Shown in pieces: positions 9,530 through 22,566 of a stretch of 64,000 bases of DNA. Source of the stretch: Octopus vulgaris. Lineage: Eukaryota. Made by a program: the position numbers and the translations under genes. The stretch covers positions 84,692,001 through 84,756,000 of the forward strand of contig OX597817.1 of the NCBI GenBank assembly GCA_951406725.2, in the 5' to 3' direction. Position 1 is the stretch's first letter; every line of letters begins with the position of its first letter. The notes beneath the pieces are model-generated. The model ran no database searches and had not been told where the DNA came from. It saw only the letters and a program-made list of their open reading frames with translations.

Positions 9530-11390
9530 ATTTATAAATCAGTGACTACTTGTCACTTTGAAAACTATATATTTCGAATGGGGATTTTGCAGAGCTACTG
9601 ATAACTGAACAATTTTTCTTGTTTTTTGAAGAATTGTAAGCGGAATCTTTGTGCAAAGCAAATATCGTTAGGTGGAAGTGAATAATAAAAGTAAAGAAGA
9701 GTTACGCAGAAGCTACTGGAGGTCAAGATACCATAGACCCACATGTGCTGAAGACGAAGAGGATGGAGTGGAATGAGGGGAAGATAGTAAAATATTATGG
9801 CATATAGAAAAAGAAGAGTCAAATATAAAAATGACCCTGCCAGAGGAGGAAAAAAGAAAAATGGAAATAAGAACGGTGATATTCAGAACATTTTTGAACG
9901 AAAATAGGAGAATAGAACATGCGCCGCAGGAAGAGATAGAGAAAATATTGAAGGAACAAATGGGTGATGGAATAACTTTCTTTACAAGAGAAAGGAAATA
10001 TGCAACTATAAAAGTCACCTTTGCATCAGAAGAGGAAGCGAAAATGAACGACAACAGAATGGTACTGGGAGAAAAATGGACATTGGTGCTGAACTGTTTG
10101 GGCAAAAGAATCGTCAGGATCAGGGTGGGAAGACTCACCATCGACAGACCCAGAATGGGTAATAGTCGCAATTTTTAATTCAGAGCTGGAGAAGGGAAGT
10201 GAAAACCTGAACATTTGCATAGTAAACAGAACTCAACAATTGAATTGCTGGGGATATGGTATTGAAGTAAGCCCAGAATATTACAACGAAATGGTGGAAA
10301 CTGTGGAATTACCAAACGGTGAAAAACTGGAAGTAATGTTGGAGGGGAGACCCCCAAAATGTTACGGATGCAGTGAAAGAGGACACCTGAGAAAGAAATG
10401 CCCTAGGGCAGCAGTAGAAATGGTGGAAGAGAGTGTACAGGAAGATACAGTGGAGGGAAAAAAAGCAGAAGCAGAAAACAGAATATGATGGGAATTTGGC
10501 GGAGATAAAACCCAGTAAAAGAGAGAGAAGAAAGTCACTGATGACAGTGGAAGTAAAGAAGTGTAAATGAATGGAAGAAGAAACTCAACCCACAACGAGA
10601 AAATTTACCAGTGGAAGTACCAGTAAAGGAATTAAAAGGACAGAGTCATGCAGACAAGAAACAAGACAACCCAGAATTACGGAAACCTAAGGACATAGAT
10701 ACACAGATGAAACACGTAGAGTTGCAGTCAAACGAACACAGAGAAACATAAATACACGAACACAAAGACTTAGAGACAGAAATACAAGAACCCATAAAAC
10801 AGCAGGAAAATAGAAACAAAAAGAAACAACATGAAAAGCATAAACGAAAAGAAAAATTATAGTGAGATAGAGCACCCCAACTTGGAAGGAAAATTGAAAG
10901 ACAGTGTGAGAGGTAGAAGTGGTAAGTCATTATAATTTTGTAAAGACTAACTGAGAGAAATGATTGTTTGAACTGTTTAGAGAGAAAAAAAAGATAAAAA
11001 TAAGGTAGATTTTGATACAGTTAAATGAGCAGGTTTCCTAAAGTTTTTCTTTGAACACTGTGATAGACATTTGGTTCTCTTTTTAGCTTAAAAAAAAAAG
11101 GAAAAGAAATAAGTAAGGACTGTATGAAAATTGGTTTAAAATGTTTATCACAGTAGGGTAAAAGCAAAGAGGGAAGTCGCGGTTTCACCACAGAGCAAGG
11201 CTAAAGGTTGTGTAAAAGTTAATGGTAAAGGAATATATGGTTTCATCTTGCAGCGGGAACAAGATGGCCAGCTCATTTGCATTGTAAATATATTCATTTT
11301 ACAATCATCCTTCATGTGTTTTATGTTCCCGCATGTCTTTCTATGCCCTCTCTGTAATTAGGCCTTGTGCCTGTAATAAATAATTAACCT
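9530..11390 (+). mobile_element. Degenerate ORF1-only non-LTR element (L1/Tx1-type ORF1 with CCHC knuckle)
   Basis: Broken ORFs 9831-10178 and 10240-10488 give YATIKVTF...LGKRIVRIRV...LPNGEKLEVMLEGRPPKCYGCSERGHLRKKCP. Low-complexity tail and a 3' end with AATAAA near 11375. No EN/RT seen. Confidence 0.6.
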
Positions 11391-11459
11391 CTAGCCGAGC
11401 AATTATTCTGTGCTGATAAACAGGAAATAACCCAGAAATCACAATACACAGATATTGTT

Positions 11460-11615
11460 TTGAGCTGAGTGGGGGTGCTAGATTCCCTTGTTCAAAAATA
11501 AGGACAAAGATGGTGTCGTATATCCAGCTGGAGATGATGTCATCTCCAGCTAAATTACGGCAGCATTAGTCCTAAACCAGAACTGCCACGTTATGTTGGC
11601 AAACAATCTTTACTA
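11460..11615 (-). mobile_element. Partial copy of the 9232-9520 MITE, opposite orientation
   Basis: Reverse complement of ~9270-9422. Confidence 0.75.
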
Positions 11616-11628
11616 TATATGTATATAT

Positions 11629-12276
11629 ATCATCATCGTTTTAACGTCCACTTTCCATGCTAGCATGGATTGGATGATTTGACTGAGGACTGACGAACTA
11701 GATGGCTGCACCAGCAGAGTTTCTACAGCTGAATGCCCTTCCTGACGCCAACCAGTCTGAGAGTGTAGTGGGTGCTTTTACGTGACACCGGCACAAGGGC
11801 CAGTAAGGTGGTACTGGCAACGACCTTGCTCAAATGGTTTTTTTTCACATGCCACCGGCACAAGTGCCAGTAAGGCAACACTGGTAACAATCACGCTTGA
11901 ATGGTGCCTTTTATGTGCCACCGGCATGGAAGCCAGTAAGCCACTTTGTCAACAATCACGTTCGGACAGTACTCCCAGCACAGACGCCAGTCATCGAATT
12001 TGACTTCAATTTCACCGGCCTCAACAGGTCCTCGCAAGCAGAGTTCAGTGTCCAAAGAAGGAAAGGTATGCACAAGTGGGCCAGCCACGCCCCTAGCACA
12101 GGCCACGAGGTTATGGTCTCATTTGGCTTGCCAGGTCTTCTCAAGAACAGCACACTTCCAAAAGTCTCGGTCACCAGTCATCGCCTTGGTGAGGCCCAAA
12201 TTTCGATGGTTGCGCTTCACCACTTCATCCCAGGTCCACCTCTTCCACAGGTTCCCGCAACCACTAAGGTGTGGCA
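11629..12276 (-). mobile_element. 5'-truncated RTE LINE (ORF C-terminus plus 3' UTR)
   Basis: TWDEVVKRNHRNLGLTKAMTGDRDFWKCAVLEKT followed by the 3' UTR and (GAT)n tail. Confidence 0.85.
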
Positions 12277-12307
<31 letters not shown>

Positions 12308-12309
12308 AT

Positions 12310-13000
12310 GTCAATGTATTGCGCAAAAAAGTTTCTTGGAGGTGATGAGGTTCTGGGTTGCTTGTTCAGGCACCAGCAAAAACAAATCTCATCTCCAAGC
12401 AGAATCAAAGAGTCTGTCTTCATTTTGCTCGTGAACATGTCGTTTAGACAGAAGAACAGTGGTCATAGGTTCATTTTAGTGACGAATCAAAGTTTAATAT
12501 GATTGGTTCTGATGGCAGGATGTATGTCCGACAAAGAAGTGGCAAAAGATTATCTCATGCATGTGTGAAGAAGACAGTGAGATATGGAGTTGATAGTGTA
12601 ATAGTATGGGGTGTGATCCCTGCTACTGGTCCTTGTCCATTTATTCACCTACAAGGGACTGTCAATGCTGAAATCTACAAGTAGATTCTTAGACAGCATG
12701 CCTTTCCAGATCTCCAATCCTCGTCAGTTCAACCTCCTATCTTCATGCAGGACAACGCTCCCTGTTATACTGCAAAGAGAGTCAAAGAGTTTTTGACTGA
12801 TAAAGGGGTTGATTTCATGGACTGGCCACCTAGAAGTCCTGATCTCAACCCTACAGAAAACGTTTGGAAGATTATTGGAGATGGGGTGCATAGGAGAAAT
12901 CTAAAGAACCAAGATGAACGCCAGGAATTATTGAAAAACAAAAATGGAACAATATTACTCCATCATTTTGCAAGAAATTCAGTCCTGTCAGGAGGTCGTT
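12310..13000 (+). pseudogene. Tc1-family transposase remnant
   Basis: FSDES-like, VIVWGVI, MQDNAPC and WPPRSPDLNPTENVW motifs, with stops and frameshifts. Confidence 0.85.
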
Positions 13001-13013
13001 GATATATATATAT

Positions 13014-13180
13014 TTCTTTACTACCCACAAGGGGCTAAACACAGAGGGGATAAACAAGGACAGACAAACGGATTAAGTCGATTACATCGACCCCAGTGCG
13101 TAACTGGTACTTAATTTATCGACCCCGAAAGGATGAAAGGCAAAGTCGACCTCGGCGGAATTTGAACTCAGAACGTAACG
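13014..13180 (-). mobile_element. Meta-domain-type SINE
   Basis: The - strand contains gaggtcgactttgcctttcatcctttcggggtcgataaattaagtaccag. A fuller copy is at 34015-34245. Confidence 0.75.
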
Positions 13181-13198
13181 TTGATATATATAAACACA

Positions 13199-13895
13199 CA
13201 CGAGGTGGTATCAAAAAGTACCCGGACTAGCTCTGTAGCGCACCAACCGATGGCAGCACACGATTGTGTCTGCACCAAAAGCTAGCAGTGACCTCGATGA
13301 TGCAATGTACCAAATGATATAGCTGTCTTTGCTTCGCAAGTTGTGAAATTTGTGCTTTTGCGATCACGTGTATACTGTAGTCTGCTATTTCGTCATGGAC
13401 AAGAAGTTGAAACAAAGAGGCAACATGAAATTTTTTGTTAAATTTGGAAAGTCTGTTACAGAGACATTGAAAATGCTTCGGCAAAATTACGACGAAGAGG
13501 CAATGGGTCGTACACAATGTTTCGAGCAGCGCGGGCGCTTCAAAAGTGGAACAACATCCCTGGAAGACGATGGGCATGCCTCTGATGACCCATCATTCTG
13601 CCCTATACACCAGATTTAGTACCTGCAAACTTCCATCTCTTCCCCAAGATGAAAGTGCAGCTCAAAGGTCGCCGTTTTAAAACCGTTGTAGAGATCCAGA
13701 ACGAACTGCAGCAGGTTCTCGACTCGATTACGGAAAACGACTTCCAGGCCGGATTCCAAAAGTGGCAGGAACGCTAGGACCGGTGTATTGCTGCGCAAGG
13801 TGACTATCTCGAAGTAGATGATCTTAAAACTTAAGTAAATAAGTTATTTTTCATTAAATATAACTAGTCCGGGAACTTTTTGATACCACCTCGTG
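13199..13895 (+). mobile_element. Internally deleted mariner element with 32-bp TIRs
   Basis: CACGAGGTGGTATCAAAAAGTACCCGGACTAG and its reverse complement at 13864-13895 (1 mismatch). The HTH region (QRGNMKFFVKFGKSVTETLKML) is fused to a YTPDL..ANF remnant. Confidence 0.9.
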
Positions 13896-13899
13896 TATG

Positions 13900-13981
<82 letters not shown>

Positions 13982-14329
13982 CACACACGATAAACACAAA
14001 GGTTATGTATGTAGAATTTTTTTTAAAATCAAATATGACCATGTAGCTAAGTATGTTCGTACTTAGATGTCTGTGATAAATTCTAACGGTGAAAGTAGAA
14101 TCAACAAATGAAAAATCGATAGGATTTCCGAAATATTAAGACATAAGGAATTTTCAATTTGAAAGTAAACGGTGAGAAATAGAGGAAGGAAGCATGATAA
14201 GGTGTAATTGTTTAGAGTAGAGGTGTCTGTCCAAGGCGGCAGCAGTAGTAGTAGTAAAAACAGTAGCAGTAGCAGCTCCATTCTTAGTAACAACACCCCC
14301 CCTTTGCCATCCGAGCGCCATCTGCTCAG

Positions 14330-14445
14330 ACACAGCAACGACCAAAGAAGCGCTCAACAAGAAATTGTCACCAGAATCGCCCATGTTGGTGCAAAACGCA
14401 AGCATCTTCTTTAATGGCCTCGCGCCATACTTACTACCATTACAA
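14330..14445 (-). promoter_or_regulatory. CpG-containing candidate promoter or first-exon region of a - strand gene
   Basis: Non-repeat sequence with locally high CpG and ATGGCG motifs. No recognisable protein. Confidence 0.3.
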
Positions 14446-14674
14446 AATCAACTTAACCTTTTTTTGTGTGTGTGTGTATAATGTATATACATACATTATT
14501 TTATGAAGACATTATTATTGTTATTATTATTAATTTTCTGAAATAACTAATGTGGTACTACCAGAAAATGTAAATCACGAAAAAGAGAGTTAAATAAGCA
14601 CAAATTTCATTTATTTGTATGTATATATATATATGAAGCTAAAAAGCTTAGGTTCGACATCAAACCAAGACTTC

Positions 14675-14723
14675 GATCGTACCAAGTAGTTTCAGCGAAA
14701 ATATGACATCTTTGTCAACATCC
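14675..14723 (-). ncRNA. Degenerate type I hammerhead-like motif (U3-A8)
   Basis: GGATG TTGACAA AG..CT GAA ACTACTTGGT A CGATC. Helix II is weak. Confidence 0.35.
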
Positions 14724-15239
14724 AGAAACACCAGTTCAGTGTGTGTGTTGTGTGTAAATGGCAATTATTCAACAATATGTATATATAGATATAGATATAT
14801 ATATACACACACATACATATATATCACTCAAGTACCTTGTTATCTTACGACTCAATTCTTTACAAATATGTTATTTTATCGATGTGTCTGTCTGTAGTAG
14901 GGTTTTATTTTGTTTCGTCTATCATGTCATAAATGTCGATTCTGTTGTGTTGAGAAGAATTACTAATCGTTATATGAAGTCTAATAAGACATAATTAGTG
15001 CTAATCTAAGTTGTTTCATTTGATCATCCTTCAGCTTACGAAATTAACAACGGTCATTTTTTTTTTTAACTTCCAATTAATCAACACGATAGTTTATTAT
15101 TTATCATTGTTGTTCTTCTATATATACATTTATATCTATTTTTACTAACTTTCTCCCTCGTTATTCTGTTATTTTATTCATAATTGTTTTGTTTGGTTGT
15201 TTTGTTTATTTTAGAAATTATCTTACTTACTGCGTCTTC

Positions 15240-15410
15240 CTTGGTGCTCACTGGAGGGCGTTGGTGTGCTGTTAGTGTGGCTGTGTGTGGAGATGTGCTG
15301 CTGTGGGGAGGGACTGATGATAGTATTGTGGGCAACGATAGTCAAGGAGAAACTCTGGCGCATGCGCACTCCACTCCCAAGTAGGCGGGCTGCTAACCGC
15401 CATTATGTAC
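15240..15410. promoter_or_regulatory. Candidate promoter/enhancer with an NRF1-like motif
   Basis: GGCGCATGCGCA at ~15357-15368 in a GC-richer unique island. Confidence 0.4.
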
Positions 15411-17089
15411 CATTTTCTGCTAATCTCCCATTCACCTTAAACCTGTATTTTTATCAAATTATAGAAACTGACAATTTGTATTTTCTAATACTTTCCAGTA
15501 GTTATTGAATTGTATTTCCTGTATGTTACACTTAAAGGTTTCTTTAAACATAAATAAACACTACACTTGCTAGACATTATAATCTTACCTTGCCCTTAAA
15601 TCCTTGTTATTAAGCTAAACTAATACACAATCTGGTTTTGGTTCCAGTTAATTCTACTCGTCATTTAATTGTGGTATAATTGTACCAAGGCTTTCCATTT
15701 TCTTTCAAGCTTCGTGCAAAATATTTTTAGTTATTATCTATCAAAAATAAGATGACTACATGATTCATGTGACTATATCCGCTGCTGGCGTTTCGTCATG
15801 TACCTGTAACACACGTCTGATATAATACGCCTCAAACTACGTGAATGACTTGTACATGCGGTAATGTAATGTCACATAACGATAAACTAGTTTACTACCC
15901 TGGGGAACTGTCCCAGCAGCTTAACATTTTAGTTGGAGATTAGCATAAATCATTCATGAAACTCGGACTTCAGCATTTTTTTAAAAGAATCAAAATAATT
16001 ATTGCTATGATTTCAAAGGAAATTGATTAAATCCTAACACAACACTTGCTCTGTTTTCCCTCGTGCATATTGACATTGCCAGCAAGAGTTATCTTCCTTT
16101 GTTTTCTAGTAATGAAGTGAGAGCGAAATGTCCACACATTACTTAAGTGTACTTATATATGCACATACAAATAGATTCTCCCAAAATTTGTTGTGTTTTT
16201 ACATCTTATAGATCTGGTGGTCAGAATTTAAAGATAATAGTGAAAAGATCCTAAAATAGTTATACTCTTACAACATTGTCAAAATATTTCTTGTGTTAAG
16301 TTTAAATTGTTAATCGATTGAAGTGGATAAAGTAGTTATGTGAAATGCTTATTCTTATTTAACTCCTCTAAAAAAAAGTTCCAAAGGCCAGCTTAGATTG
16401 ATGTGCAGTCATTTAAAGGGATATAAATAGTGTTAAGCAAGCCTAGAATCTTGTACCAAATGAAATAAACGCGGAATAGTACGTTGCAGAAGAACAGTCG
16501 TATGTTGTATGTCATCAAAACCAGAGTCCATTCCATATCAAATGGCACAACAAAGTTGACAAGACTTTTCTTTGAATGTTGTGGTGGATTCTAAACTTAT
16601 TGATAGTATTTTCAATGCAGCTTCAGGATATGTTCTGGCAACCTCTTGGTCCATTACTCGATCTCCTATTAGAGGAGTGGCAAGGAAATACTTAGTGAAA
16701 ATGGAGGGTGAGGTTAATTTCTCCAAAAGTAGTTCAGAGAAATGCTTCAAGGAAGTGAAAATGAAACGGGATTTAGCTGTGGAATGTAACTCCAGAGTCT
16801 ATTCTTCAACAACAAAAAAACAGACTACATGGCATAAAGAGTTCTATTGTATTGTTTGAGAGCAAGCCATAAGTTTAAGCTCTTCAGATATGTTGCCATG
16901 TTTCAGTCAGTTTAGATATACAACAGCTTTTAAGGATTGTTTATTATTATAAGATCTGATTTTGTAAAGCATTTGAAATAATAACACACTTATAGGCTGG
17001 TACAGAATCTCTCTCTCTCTCTCCTAATCTTTCCTAACTTTTATGGCTATCTGCTGTATTCTTCTACAATGTTACAAACATTCTCCAAT

Positions 17090-17650
17090 CAATCACCTCC
17101 TCAATATCCATATCACTTTGTTCATTTTGAAACTATGTTTTGGCTGAGGGATATTTCAGCCTCCAAACATTCTTTCTCCAAATTGTCTTGTCTCTTTGAG
17201 TTCATCTAACTCTTACCCTAGGGTTGCCAATCAGTAGTCTAAGTTTTGGAGTATATTCTTCACCAAAGAGAGATCAGGTATTCATGACAAGTTGTGTATT
17301 CTGCTGCCTTTGAAGTTTATCTGACTTGTATATTTGCCTGATTAGTTGGTGGCTGGCAAATTTCCTGAAGTTAGTGTTGCAATTTGTTAGTTTATTTGCA
17401 TCATTGAACTCTAAGAACTTTGATCCCACTTCATTCCTTTTTTTCATATCCAATACCATGTACATTGGATCAGCTGTCATTCCTTATCAGAGTAGTCTGC
17501 ATGGAACATCTTAGGAACAATGCTTTTGATTATGATACGTATGTAGTGGTAACTTGCATGACTAGTCTACGCATAATTATTCTACCACATGCTCTGATTA
17601 CTTCAATTCCTCTTTCCTACCAACAAATATCACAGACTCACTCAATCCAG
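17090..17650 (-). pseudogene. Old RTE AP-endonuclease relic
   Basis: RNEVGSKFLEFNDANKLTNCNTNFRK resembles RTE endonuclease. Confidence 0.55.
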
Positions 17651-18200
17651 CACTATTACTCACTCAGAAGAATTTGTATGTGTATTCCTTGCTCATAAGT
17701 ATTTTGACTGAGGTTTTCTCTCCATTTTACTTTTTGTTCATGGTGCACATCTGTTCATCTTTGTTGTGTTTCTACAACTTCTCCAGACCTACAGTTCATT
17801 GTACAAACATTGAAGTACATTGAAAGTTTTGTACCTAACAAGAAAAGGAGTTTCCAGAGGTGGGTAGCTTGGTTGAATTCTTTGATGTTTTCTGCATCTG
17901 AAACAAAAAGAATTGTTACCACTATTTGATAAGTGAAGTGGTCCTCACCAATGGCCAGATGTTTTTACCTGACCACCACACTACTGATACTACATGTTAG
18001 TTCTGTATATGCATTTAGGATTTTTCATTGATTTTTACATTAATGTTTTATCATCTTTCTTTCATCATTCATTTACAACAGGGCCTTAATGTTATTTTAT
18101 TGTACCACACCTATGGAGAGGCTGTCTGCCAAGACAAACTTGTTCTCTGTACACTTTATCAATTTTTATTTAGAGTTAGTGTGGATTGGTATCAAAAGAG

Positions 18201-18374
18201 TTAACCCTTTTAATACCAACCTGCTTTCAATTGCCTCTGGTTCTCTTTTACAAATATCCTGTTTTTAAAAATAATCTAAATTAAAACCTTCAATTATATT
18301 TTATTAAATTCTTCACTGTTTTCAAAATCATAAGGCAATGTATTTCAACATAAACCTTGTAATAAAAGCGTTAA
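18201..18374. mobile_element. TTAA-flanked piggyBac-like MITE
   Basis: TTAA CCCTTTTAATAC ... GTAATAAAAGCG TTAA. Confidence 0.55.
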
Positions 18375-20685
18375 GCAGGTCATCTTCATTCCAGCTAAGA
18401 AATTTTCTCTCTTCATGATGGAAAAGCTGAGGGATTTACCACTGGGATATCTCAGAATGGTAGTCTAGGGCCACTAACAATCTGTCTTTACAATATGGAT
18501 GAAGAATAATGGCCAGAACTACCAAATGGCAGAGGCATAATAGGATGTGGACTAGCTTGAAGGTTTTTCTCTATTATGTGGGGAGGTTACAGAATTATGT
18601 TGGTGGTTGAAAATGAAGTAGTCATAATAATGTTATATTGATTGGCAAACCTTGGAAGATGGTGCAGGTTGTTTCACAAAGGTGTCTCCGTGATACTATG
18701 TGTTAAGAAAGTGCAGGTTGTAGCACAAAGGTAGGTATGTCATTTTTTAGTGTTTAGCCAGTTTTTATTGCAAGATGAAGATTTAACCCTTTAGCATTTA
18801 AACCAACCATATCCGGCCAAAATATTCTACATGTTTTCAGCCAGATTTAGCCTCCCACACCTCCTCTACAATGTTACTAAAACTAAACATTACATCATTG
18901 AAATCTTGAAGCTATGAAATAATGCACGATTTCAAAAGAATGTGGATAAATATGCATATCTAATTACTTTTCTCATTTGCATTTTTAAGGAAGTTATATT
19001 TAATAGTACTTTGTACAAATATGAAAATAAATGATTGTTTAAACTTATTCTGGCTTTTGTTCTTCTGTACTTTTTGAATGTCAGTTGCATTATTTATTTT
19101 AATATCCAGCCCCATCCTTGTTTGGACAGGAAGTTCTCTTAGAAGAATTATCTTTCACATGTTGGATATGCTTTAAAATCCTTTCACCAACTGCTCTATC
19201 AATCTCCAATTGAGATACTTTTTTAATCAGCATGCCATCTGTTTATCATACTGGGTCCCTTTAGCATTTAAATAATGTATAAAAGACTTATTTTGTTTTT
19301 ATGTTTCTTAATTCTATCTTGGCTATGTTGTAAGTGCTTCTCCACTACATGGTTTCAGGTTTAATCTGGCTGCATGGCACCTTGGGCAAGTGTCTTTTAC
19401 TATAGCCCCAGGTCAATCAAAGCTTTGTAAGTAGATTTAATAGATAGAAGCCATCATATGTATACATATATATGTATATGTTTATATGTGTGTGTGTTAC
19501 TGTCTCCTTGCTTTTGATTCATGTGATAGTTGTAAACAAATGTCATAGTCATGCAAGTAGTGTTCTTTGTTTCCAGTCTTTTAAGGAAACACATCTGGTC
19601 ATGGGGGAATATTACCTTACTTAGAAATTGATTGGGATTAGTGACAGGAAGGGCATCCAGCTGTAGAAAATTTACTTCCACAAATTCCATCTGACTCGTG
19701 CAAGTATGGAAAAGAAGACATTAAATGATGATTTTTAGAAAAAATGTTCTTTTCAATTGATGAGATAATATTCATTGTACATTATATATAAATGTATGTA
19801 TTGTTTGGAATCAAGGATGATTTAATACCATGTACAATGGCTTTAGCTAATTCCCTTTGAAGTCAAAAGCAGACAGGGACACCTTTCAGGTAATCATACC
19901 CTAACTACATAGAGGTGGAAGCTACACCTGCAATTGTGTGGGGATTTCCCCACACACACACCTAGTTCCCACTCAGCTTTTGAAATCTTGTGAACTCACC
20001 AACTCACCCTCTCAATCTCTGATCCACTTCGCTATATATGCCACCCTGTAACTTGGGTGTATGGCCCTCTCTCTGTTACATCTGACCCATCTTTCTCTCC
20101 TCTCTCTGTCACATCTTACCCATCTTTCTCTCCTCTCTCTTTTCCATCTGAGGAAGCTGTGCTGCTTCTAATGCAAGACACTTTTCTGTCCCTCAGTATT
20201 ACTAACTCCAGTTGAGGGGTCTTATCCTGCAAGTCACTTGGTGACCACCCAGTAAAGTGGTTGGTGTTAGGAAGGGCACCAAACTATAGAAATGAAAACA
20301 GACAACAGAGATTGGTGTAGTCATCTGATTTGTCTGTTCCTGTCAAACCATCATACCCATGCCAGCATGGAAAATGGACATTAATGATATATATATAGAG
20401 AGAGAATAGACTAAAGGATTAGACAGGCAAAGTTGTTGACCTTTGTTCTGTTGTACATGTATCAGGTCAAATGAAATACTGCCATAACCAATTCTCATTT
20501 AGTCACCAGTATTTTTAGTTGCAAGTCAAGTTGGAGTTTAAGCAGGAAGTCAATTTTAGCACTAATTTTATGTACCTATTATCTTATGTCATTAGATAAA
20601 CATTACCTGAAATTACATACATGTTCATGATATACATATATTTATACACATTTATGTGTGTGTGTATATATATATATATTGGTTG

Positions 20686-21300
20686 TGTCTGGGGAGAGTC
20701 ATCTTATAGTGCCTTATTAATTTAACACACTCACCAGTCCGATTTCCACTCCTTTATTTATTTTTACTAAAATTTTCATTGCATCTTGCAACCTTTTCAA
20801 TAGTCATTGACTCTGTTTTCAGAACTGTTCCTTTTTTTGTTTGTTTGTTTGTATGCACGCACATACATGTATGTATGTATGTGTATATGCATATGTATGT
20901 ATGTGTATGCATATATATATGTATACATATTTGTATGTATTGTGCATATCCATGTGTCTGTATGGGTTTGTATGACTGCGTGTATATGGTCTATGGTCGT
21001 GTGCTTCAGTCTTCATTTAGATGTATATGTGTGTGTGCCAGTCTGTCTGTATATATACATGTATGCACACAAACAAATGAACAAAAAAAAGAAAGCAGTT
21101 CCAATAATGGTCAGAGTCAACGACTATTGAAGAGGTTGCCAGACACAACAAAAATTTTAGTAAAAATAAATAAGTAAATGAGTAGAAATCGGACTGGTGA
21201 GTATGTTAAATTCATAAGGCACTAAAAGATAATGACTCTCCCCAGACAATAAAATATACTTCAACACACGAATTCATATAAAGAATCTTGCAAACCAGAT
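20686..21300. repeat. Inverted pair of Penelope-type terminal repeats (20686-20815 on -, 21111-21300 on +) around a microsatellite
   Basis: The arms are reverse complements. A homologous copy at 35890-36075 lies downstream of a GIY-YIG ORF. Confidence 0.75.
20766..20804 (-). ncRNA. Minimal hammerhead ribozyme candidate with U3-A8 covariation
   Basis: ACTA TTGAAAA G GTTGC-aagat-GCAAT GAA AATT T TAGT. Confidence 0.6.
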
Positions 21301-21320
21301 ACAAAAATGGAATATATATA

Positions 21321-22566
21321 CATCCCATAAATAATGCGGTTTTTTTCAATTGCATTAACTAAAAGTCGGGGGACAGGATAAATTACCTGCATCAACTTGC
21401 TATAAAAGCAGGCAGTAATTTTACCTTGTATTTATCCTTGGTGCAAGTTTTGAAGAGTGCAGTTCAATTTTAACTTTTATTTTTCCAAAGCTATAATGGA
21501 AGTGACAAAGGAGCATATTGAGCATTTTTTGCTTTATGAGTACAATAAAGGCAACAACGCAAAGGAAAGTGCGAGGAATATTAATGCAGTATATGGGAGA
21601 TCGGACAATAAGTGTAAGCCAGTGTCAACTGAGGTTCCAGAAATTCCAAGCCAAAAACTACAGCCTAGAAAATGAGCCTTGTCCTGGAAGATCTGTAGAG
21701 CTTGGCAAAGACATTCTGCAAACCCTGGTTGAACAAAATCCCATCGTAACTGTTGAAGAACTAGCAGAGAAGTTTGGATTTTGTTATTCAACCATTCATT
21801 GATACTTGTGTGCCATCAGAAAAGTCAACAAATTGGGTCAATGGATTCCTCAAACTTACTGAGTTTAATCTTGCACAAAGAGTGAATGTGTGCTCTTCTT
21901 TGCTGTCATGTTTCACGAATGAAGGGTTTTTGGACCGAATAATGATTAGTGATGAAAAATGAGTTCTCTATTATAATGTCAAGCACTGAAGACTGGGTAG
22001 GGAAAGGAAAAACACCGGCACCACAGGTTAAAGAAGGTCTTAACCCACGTAAGGTGTTATTTCTTTGGTGGGATATGAAAGGTTTAGTCCACTTTGAACT
22101 TTCAACCCAAACCAAATGATAACAAAGGAGATCTACTGTGAACAGCTTAAGTCAGCTCTAGAAGAAAAATTACCATCTTTGGTTTCAAGACAAAAGGTGT
22201 TCTTCCATCAGGATAATGCTTGACTACGTACAACGAGGATGACATGCCAAAGGCTGAAGCAGTTTGAATGGGAAACGATGCCCGACCCACCATATTCACC
22301 GAACATTACCCCATCTGATGATGATTTATTCCGCAATCTTCAAAATCATTTGGACAGAAAATGTATGAGGTCAGTACAGTACTGGAGGAGTATTTTTCAT
22401 CACAGCAAGTGAATTTTGGAAGAGGGGCCTTGCAAGTCTACCAGAGAGATAGAAGAGCATTGTCAAAAATGAAAGAGAGTATATTTTAGATTTAAAAAGA
22501 ACTTTGTTTATCTTAATTTTAAAAAATAAAAGTATTAAAAAATGCATTATTTATGAGATGACCTAT
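21321..22566 (+). mobile_element. Near full-length degenerate mariner transposon
   Basis: TIR catcccataaataatgc / gcattatttatgagatgacct. HTH, ISDEK, HQDNA and PPYSPNITPSDDDLF motifs are present but broken. Confidence 0.9.

Noticed and set aside
20145-20200. CTGAGGA possible hammerhead core
   Set aside because: No GAAA or helix III downstream.
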